From NCBI GenBank assembly GCA_964536515.1, contig CAZHXI010000003.1, forward strand, positions 9,112 to 73,111: a stretch of 64,000 bases of DNA, given 5' to 3'. A model generated the notes under the pieces. The model did no database searches and was not told the origin of the DNA. It saw only the letters and a list, made by a program, of their open reading frames with translations. Below, in pieces: positions 58,739 to 64,000 of the stretch; within the stretch, counting starts at the first letter, position 1; every line of letters begins with the position of its first letter. The position numbers were made by a program, and so were the translations under genes. The DNA is from an uncultured Gammaproteobacteria bacterium. Lineage in GTDB: Bacteria; Patescibacteriota; Patescibacteriia; CAYZDG01.

Positions 58739-59185
58739 CTACTGCGTAATTCGAAATGTCCACGTGCTGGTTGAGAGGTTGCCCGCTCGGTCGTGCGCGT
58801 AGGCGTTAATGGTCCACACGCCCGACATCAGAATCCCCAGCTTGGGTGCCTGCAGCTTAATGCTGGCCATAGACTTATCCCGGATAATGAAATCTTCCGA
58901 GTCCTCGTAGCGCAGCAGCTCGCCCCTGGGGGGTACGACCACGAACGTGACATTCCGTGGATCGACGCCCGTACCGTCATCCCGGTACTCTACGCTCACC
59001 AGAACCGGACTCATGCCCGATACGTTCTCGTTCGATGCCGGGCTGTGGTACGTGAAGCTGGGTGCCGAGTCATCCCTACCCCGCAGCGACCAGAGCGACG
59101 AGCACCCAACGGCCATGAGCAACATGACAGTGCAGATCAGCCGCGCCGACGTTGCGGCAGCAGCTCTTGCGGTAACCATTCTCAA
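58739..59185 (-). CDS. Putative lipoprotein (148 aa; lipobox LMAVGC)
   Basis: Signal peptide with LxxC; beta-rich mature domain. Confidence 0.55.
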   Translation of the reverse strand: MRMVTARAAAATSARLICTVMLLMAVGCSSLWSLRGRDDSAPSFTYHSPASNENVSGMSPVLVSVEYRDDGTGVDPRNVTFVVVPPRGELLRYEDSEDFIIRDKSMASIKLQAPKLGILMSGVWTINAYAHDRAGNLSTSTWTFRITQ

Positions 59186-59334
59186 ACTCCTCTTCGGTTG
59201 GTTGGTGTTAAGGGGCCCCGAGCGCCTCCGATCGCAGAAATGTACACGCTTACCCAGAGACGATCAAGGGCGAGCGTGGGCAGCAGATGTTACGAGAGCC
59301 CGCCTGTAGGCGGGCCCTGTTGCTCGGCGTTGCT

Positions 59335-59922
59335 CTACGGCACCTGGTCGGTAGACACCGTAACGTAGAAGAGCTGGCTGGAGTCTGGCCGGGCTACCCG
59401 TAGCTCACGGTACCTGGTAGCGGCAACCAACGTCTGGTACGGGCCCCCGGCGATTGTCGAGGCGTACACCCTGAAGAACGGTCCCCCGCCCTGCCAACGC
59501 AGCAGCAGCGAGTCGCCCTGTGCGGCAACTGTCAGCTGCTGAGGCGGGTAGAGCGTATCGGGAGCCGTCCCCGTGCCGCTGACGTCGCTGAAGCTGAAGA
59601 AGATGCTCCAACGACCAACCAGTACTCGGTGCCTATAGCCGGAGCCCGAGGGCTGGAAGAGCACGGCCACAGGTGCGCTATCCCCCGGCGCCAAGTTCCA
59701 CACGTACGGCGCCTGCTGGGGGTCCAGCACCAACCCCTGGCCAATGCCGCTCATCTCGAACCGTACGTTACCGGTATCGTTGCCGGTATTGGTAACGTAG
59801 AAGCTGAAGCTTACCGTATCCCCCACCTGTACCTGCCCGAAGCCGTGATCCGAGGGGTTCACATCGAACCACTGGGCTAGGGCGGTCGCCGCTGCCAGCA
59901 GAGCCACAAGTATAGCTCTCAT
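59335..59922 (-). CDS. Secreted hypothetical protein (195 aa), Ig/Fn3-like beta-rich
   Basis: N-terminal signal peptide MRAILVALLAAATALA. Confidence 0.6.
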   Translation of the reverse strand: MRAILVALLAAATALAQWFDVNPSDHGFGQVQVGDTVSFSFYVTNTGNDTGNVRFEMSGIGQGLVLDPQQAPYVWNLAPGDSAPVAVLFQPSGSGYRHRVLVGRWSIFFSFSDVSGTGTAPDTLYPPQQLTVAAQGDSLLLRWQGGGPFFRVYASTIAGGPYQTLVAATRYRELRVARPDSSQLFYVTVSTDQVP

Positions 59923-60059
59923 GTTATTGCTCCTACCTCTTTTGAATGTTCAGCTACATCCCACTTAACCCGAACGGCAACGCAGGTCAACCCCTTCCAC
60001 TACCTGGCCTGGAATGGTATACTACCGGAAGGTAGAAAAACAAAAATCAAAAAAACTAT

Positions 60060-61283
60060 ATGGAAAAACTGCAGCGACGGCTGCGTCTGTTCATAGTTCT
60101 CGCCCTGCTCACCGGAGCGGCGGCGGCTCTGTTCGTTGGCACCGCCAGCGCCCAGACGAGCACCGCCGAGACCGTAACCATTGGGGATATGGGGCTAACG
60201 GCTACCCCGCCGGCGGGTGGCTTCGCCCGGTGGTGGGACAGCTTCACGGACGGCGTAAGGCTGCAGTTTACCTTCAATGACCAGAGGAAAGCCGAGCTGC
60301 AGCTGCAGCGGGCCGCCAAGCTCCTCGCCCGACTAGAGCAGGCCGGGGGCGACGCCCAGGCAGAGCAGCTGCTGGCCAAGTACCGGGCCGCGGTGAACAA
60401 GATCGAAGCGGAAGCCGAGCTGAGCGACACGTTCCTGGGTAGGCTCCTGGCCCAGCAGAGCTTCATTACCCAAATCGAGGGCTCGGGCCGCTTCAGCTTG
60501 GGCGACCAGCTAGCCGTTACGCGCAACCAGAACTGGGAGAAGCTGAACGCAACCTTCGGCGATGCCGGAGCGCTTAGCCAGCGCCTAGCCAACCTACCTA
60601 CCGCCTCGCCCGAGGCAATTGCCAGGCGTGCGGCCATGCTGGAGGAGTGGCGGCAGCGCCTCTCGCCCGAGCAGCAGGCTAAGGCCGAGGCTGCCATAGG
60701 TGCACTGGTAGAGAAGCTCCGCAGCCTATCCCCCGCCCAGGCAGCGGCCATTGCCGAACGTCTGCACGCCTTCACCGCCAGCCAAGAAGCCCAGGCGTAC
60801 ATCGGGGCGCTCCTGGAGAAGGTGCAGCCTAGCCTGGAGGGGCTGGCTAAGCAGCTGGCGCAGCCCCGGCAGCCCAACCAAGACCCGACGCCGGCCAATG
60901 CCGCTGCCGGCATCCTGGGCAACGTTGCGGTGCCCCCCATGTCAGCCGGGGAGATTGCCGCCCGTCGCGCCGAGCTTGCCGAGGCGACCACCAAGGATGA
61001 GCTGCTGGCCCTACGCCAGCGCTGGTACGGCAACCCGGTGCTCTACCGGCAGCTATCGCAGTACCAGCGCACGCTGCTGGACCAGCTCAACGCCAAGCTG
61101 GTCAAAGCCCTGGGCAGGGGCTCGCAGCCGGTAACCCCCGCTGCTCCGACGGATCCGGACGCCGGCGTAACTCCCCTCCCCACCCAGCAGCTGACCCCCG
61201 AGCAGCAGGCAATGGGCCAGGCCTTCATCCAGATGCAGGGCATAGACTCCAGCGACCTACCGCCGCCCACGGTCTCTTACTAG
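60060..61283 (+). CDS. Secreted hypothetical alpha-helical protein (407 aa)
   Basis: Signal peptide; Ala/Gln/Leu-rich helical repeats. An extended -10-like TGGTATACT lies about 40 nt upstream. Confidence 0.65.
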   Translation: MEKLQRRLRLFIVLALLTGAAAALFVGTASAQTSTAETVTIGDMGLTATPPAGGFARWWDSFTDGVRLQFTFNDQRKAELQLQRAAKLLARLEQAGGDAQAEQLLAKYRAAVNKIEAEAELSDTFLGRLLAQQSFITQIEGSGRFSLGDQLAVTRNQNWEKLNATFGDAGALSQRLANLPTASPEAIARRAAMLEEWRQRLSPEQQAKAEAAIGALVEKLRSLSPAQAAAIAERLHAFTASQEAQAYIGALLEKVQPSLEGLAKQLAQPRQPNQDPTPANAAAGILGNVAVPPMSAGEIAARRAELAEATTKDELLALRQRWYGNPVLYRQLSQYQRTLLDQLNAKLVKALGRGSQPVTPAAPTDPDAGVTPLPTQQLTPEQQAMGQAFIQMQGIDSSDLPPPTVSY

Positions 61284-61422
61284 GTATGGGCAAGCTGGTT
61301 AAGGCCGAGCGAAGAGACAGGAAGCGCAGGAGAGTTGTCGCCAACCAGAGGCGCGGCGGCACGGTAGCTGGACAGCTACGAAAGATGCAGGTAAGCCGTG
61401 GGTACGCCAGGCGGCGTACTCC

Positions 61423-62283
61423 ATGATCGAACGCTCTCCCCTGCTCGCCGTCGTCGGCCCAACGGCCAGCGGCAAGACCAAGCTGGCTGTACTGCTGGCG
61501 GAGCTGCTAGACGGCGAAATTGTTAGCGCCGACTCGCGACAGGTGTACCGCGGGCTAGACATTGGCAGCGGCAAAGACCGTGCCGAGTACGGAGACGTTC
61601 CGGTACACCTGCTGGACGTTGCCTCGCCCAAGCGGGTCTTTACCGTGGCGCAGTTCCAGAGGCTAGCGACGAGGGCTATCGCCGATATACACCGCCGCGG
61701 CAAGCTACCCATCCTGTGCGGCGGGTCTGGGCTGTATGTAGACTCTATTATTCGTGGGCTGGATATTCCAAACAGCAAGCCAGACGCAAAGCTGCGAAGG
61801 CAGCTGGCATCCAGAACTCTGCCGCAGCTGCTAGCCCAGCTCCGACGGTTGGATCCTGTCGCCCACCGAACCATAGACCGCAAGAATCGCCGTCGCGTTG
61901 AGCGTGCCGTCGAAACATTGATCCACACCGGCAAGCCGCTGGACCAGAGCCGCCAGCTAAAGCCTGTCCCCTACCGCGTGACTACCATTGGCATCTCCGT
62001 GCCGCTGGACCAGCTCAAGCTACGAATACAGCAGCGCCTTAAGGATCGTCTAGAGCAGGGCTTGGTCGCCGAGGTTCGGGGCCTACGTCGGTCCGGCGTT
62101 TCGGACAGACGGCTTAGGGCGCTCGGACTCGAGTACGCCTGGGTCGGCCGGTACCTGCGCGGCGAGGTCACCCGGGCCGAGCTAGAATCCGGCCTGGCGC
62201 GCGACATCTACCATTTTGCCCGGCGGCAAATGACCTGGTTCCGGCGGAATCCAAGCATCCGCTGGATGGCAGCTGAAAAGTAA
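61423..62283 (+). CDS. miaA: tRNA dimethylallyltransferase MiaA
   Basis: P-loop GPTASGKT and a ...DSRQVYRGLDIGSGK... motif. Confidence 0.92.
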   Translation: MIERSPLLAVVGPTASGKTKLAVLLAELLDGEIVSADSRQVYRGLDIGSGKDRAEYGDVPVHLLDVASPKRVFTVAQFQRLATRAIADIHRRGKLPILCGGSGLYVDSIIRGLDIPNSKPDAKLRRQLASRTLPQLLAQLRRLDPVAHRTIDRKNRRRVERAVETLIHTGKPLDQSRQLKPVPYRVTTIGISVPLDQLKLRIQQRLKDRLEQGLVAEVRGLRRSGVSDRRLRALGLEYAWVGRYLRGEVTRAELESGLARDIYHFARRQMTWFRRNPSIRWMAAEK

Positions 62284-62318
62284 GAACCCACCTCAGCGGT
62301 GGGTTCCTTCGTTCGTTT
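62284..62318. terminator. Bidirectional-looking terminator GAACCCACC-tcagc-GGTGGGTTC + TTCGTTCGTTT
   Basis: Read directly, just after the miaA stop. Confidence 0.75.
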
Positions 62319-62675
62319 GGGCGGGGGGCTGTTGAAATTACTTAATTGAAACTAATAGTTACCATCGAGGTGCTCCAACGATTGCGCTGGTTGAACCTCG
62401 TCGTAGAACTTTTTCTTAAATGTTTAAATATTGCGAGCCAGAATCGTACAGCGAAGCGGTTGTGCAGCTGGTGCTGCGGTTTCTGTCGGACGAAGCGCCG
62501 ACGGCTTAGGATACTGGTAATGTAGTGTCTATAATTTTCTCTGATTGTATTCATGGAGACTCCAATTCTATCCGCGGTTGCGGACGGTTTACTGTGGAGC
62601 CACCCGCCTTGTGAATGAACTGGAAACATACTAGCGACGGGCCAGACGTTCGTCAATGCCGTACTGCCGCGAGGC

Positions 62676-62915
62676 CTACGACAGCAAACATCCCCGCACC
62701 ATTGGCGAGGGGATGTACTTTTCTTTGCGCTTCGCTGGCGTGTTGGTGTCTCGGAGCGGACTCAGATCCAACATCTGGGACACCAAGAGGCCGAGGGCGA
62801 TGCCTGCCGCTATCGTGGCTACGCCGATGATGCGCCGCATCCTGCTGGTACGTCGCAGCAGATGGTCGAGCTCTGCCTGAACGGCAGGGTCCTCAATATT
62901 TGGCTCGATTGCCAT
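62676..62915 (-). CDS. Small single-TM protein (79 aa) with strong Shine-Dalgarno (GAGGAGGAAG)
   Basis: RBS 7 nt upstream of the ATG at 62915; TM helix IIGVATIAAGIALGLLV. Confidence 0.6.
   Translation of the reverse strand: MAIEPNIEDPAVQAELDHLLRRTSRMRRIIGVATIAAGIALGLLVSQMLDLSPLRDTNTPAKRKEKYIPSPMVRGCLLS
62689..62728 (+). terminator. Hairpin CATCCCC-gcaccattggcga-GGGGATG followed by TACTTTTCTTTG (plus-strand U-tract); overlaps the 3' end of the minus-strand small gene
   Basis: Read directly. Confidence 0.5.
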
Positions 62916-63001
62916 GCCTTGGCTTCCTCCTCTGTAGCCTAATGTGAATGCAATGAACAACTCACATAGCTTGTACCATGGGTAGGTGCGCCGGTCAAAG
63001 C

Positions 63002-63035
63002 GAAGCCCCCGCGATTGCGGGGGCTCGTTCGTTCA
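63002..63035 (-). terminator. Hairpin AGCCCCCGC-gatt-GCGGGGGCT downstream of the 63033..63224 gene
   Basis: Read directly. Confidence 0.55.
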
Positions 63036-63224
63036 CCGCGGGCTTACGGCAGCCACCAGCCCGGCGATAGCTACGAAGCAGACCAAGAGCGCCAGTAGGA
63101 GCTTTCCGGTGCTCCAAACCTTGGTGGGGCTCTCGCGGTGCTTCTGATCTTGCCGCAAATCTACGATTGGACCTGCGGTTCTAGACGGCTTAGTGCCTCC
63201 GCCGATTGAGGCTCGTACTGACAT
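63033..63224 (-). CDS. Small single-TM protein (63 aa) with strong Shine-Dalgarno (AGGAGGAGGAAG)
   Basis: RBS about 6 nt upstream of the ATG; C-terminal TM helix. Confidence 0.6.
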   Translation of the reverse strand: MSVRASIGGGTKPSRTAGPIVDLRQDQKHRESPTKVWSTGKLLLALLVCFVAIAGLVAAVSPR

Positions 63225-63291
63225 GGATGCTTCCTCCTCCTGTTTTCTACGGTGCGCTACAGAAGAGTTATAGAGCTGCTATGGTCTAGCG

Positions 63292-64000
63292 TCAACTCTT
63301 TCCTCCGGCGAAGGCAGCGTAGGTAACCGGGAAGGCATCAATATCCTCGATCATCGTTGCGCCCATCAGCGACTGGACCACCCGGTTCATGCCGAAGCCG
63401 CAGCCGGCGTGGGGGGTGCCCTTGGCTGCCACGGCGTCGATGTACCACTGGAAGTCGGCCCACACCGAAGCCTCGGCTGCGGCCTGCTCCGCCGGCAGGC
63501 CCTTCTTGGCTAGCCACTCAAGCCGGCGCTTAACCAGCATCCCGAACATTATCGACCCGCCCAGTCGCTCCTTGAGCACCTTCACGTCGTGCACTCGGAC
63601 TGCGGCGCCCACGCTCTCACCCGCCCCGGGCAGGATGAGGTCGGCGCTATTGATACGCCCCTCGCCGTCGGGCCACATGTTGAAGAACTTGATGATCTGC
63701 AGCTCACGTCCCTCCAGCTCGGGGTGCGGGAAGGTGGGGTCGGGGAACTTCATCAGGAACACCGGGCCGTTCTTCTCGGCTAGCCACAGCTCCTGCTTGT
63801 GCGAGAAGTCGTCGCCCCACTGGATAGGCTCCCCCGCCGCCTTAAGCTGATCCACGGCCTCGCCGTACGTGAGGCGGGCGAACTTCTCGGGCCAGGCCTG
63901 CAGCTTAGACTTCTGCTCGGCGGAGAGGCCGACGGCTTCTGCGCTGGCCAGAACGGCTAGGCGCTGCGCGTTGACGAAGGCGTTTATCTCGTCCAAGAGC
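63292..64000 (-). CDS. Class II aminoacyl-tRNA synthetase, Asn/Asp-type catalytic domain (C-terminal part; 5' end beyond window)
   Basis: Motif 3 region ...GTPHAGCGFGMNRVVQSLMGATMIEDIDAFP resembles AsnRS/AspRS (or AsnA). The reading frame stays open to the window edge. Confidence 0.65.
   Translation of the reverse strand, partial: LLDEINAFVNAQRLAVLASAEAVGLSAEQKSKLQAWPEKFARLTYGEAVDQLKAAGEPIQWGDDFSHKQELWLAEKNGPVFLMKFPDPTFPHPELEGRELQIIKFFNMWPDGEGRINSADLILPGAGESVGAAVRVHDVKVLKERLGGSIMFGMLVKRRLEWLAKKGLPAEQAAAEASVWADFQWYIDAVAAKGTPHAGCGFGMNRVVQSLMGATMIEDIDAFPVTYAAFAGGKS

Noticed and set aside
62342-62656. Track ORF (104 aa, minus strand) spanning the AT-rich segment after miaA.
   Set aside because: The full-length ORF is unlikely: extremely basic, AT-rich and overlapping a plus-strand promoter and terminator. 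Only the shorter 70-aa version from the ATG near 62554 with a GGAG RBS is retained, as a low-confidence possibility in the findings.

Overview
This 64 kb window is high-GC (roughly 63-65%) and gene-dense, with most genes on the minus strand. It appears to come from a small-genome bacterium. That is an inference from a truncated AlaRS, a ThrRS without the TGS domain, a short HrcA, a short DnaE and an RpoA without its C-terminal domain, which together suggest a Patescibacteria/CPR-like lineage. From 5' to 3' the window holds a cell-surface polysaccharide locus (three GT2, two GT1/GT4, an O-antigen-ligase-like membrane protein and a Wzx-type flippase, joined by ATGA stop/start overlaps). Next is a ribosomal/RNAP block (rpsI-rplM, then rplQ-rpoA-rpsD-rpsK-rpsM-rpmJ-infA). 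Then come alaS, mnmA, a D-Ala-D-Ala carboxypeptidase, an archaeal-type AMP/thymidine phosphorylase homolog and a CAP-domain protein. Two paralogous giant surface proteins sit immediately downstream of a split VirD4/TraG-like ATPase plus membrane partner. Further on are an unusual sigma70-region-4 plus 3x HARE-HTH fusion protein, secF, a secD carrying an inserted parvulin PPIase domain, a nucleotide-handling mini-cluster (NUDIX, CYTH, DUF1653, deoxyribosyltransferase-like, HIT), secA and hpf. A roughly 7.5 kb lower-GC island follows, with classical TTGACA/TATAAT promoters, strong Shine-Dalgarno sites and a shared terminator motif; it encodes uncharacterised membrane proteins, including a three-gene operon. 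After the island comes a heat-shock locus (hrcA with a CIRCE-like operator, then grpE-hsp20-Zn-ribbon-dnaK-dnaJ) with a low-GC foreign gene appended after dnaJ. The window ends with ftsW/rodA, dnaE, thrS (preceded by a heptad-repeat palindrome), miaA, several small membrane and secreted proteins, and a partial Asn/Asp-type class II aaRS at the 3' edge. No rRNA, tRNA, CRISPR array, transposase or integrase was recognised. Coordinates may be off by +/-1 in places: hand counting disagreed by one nucleotide around 48.4-49.1 kb.
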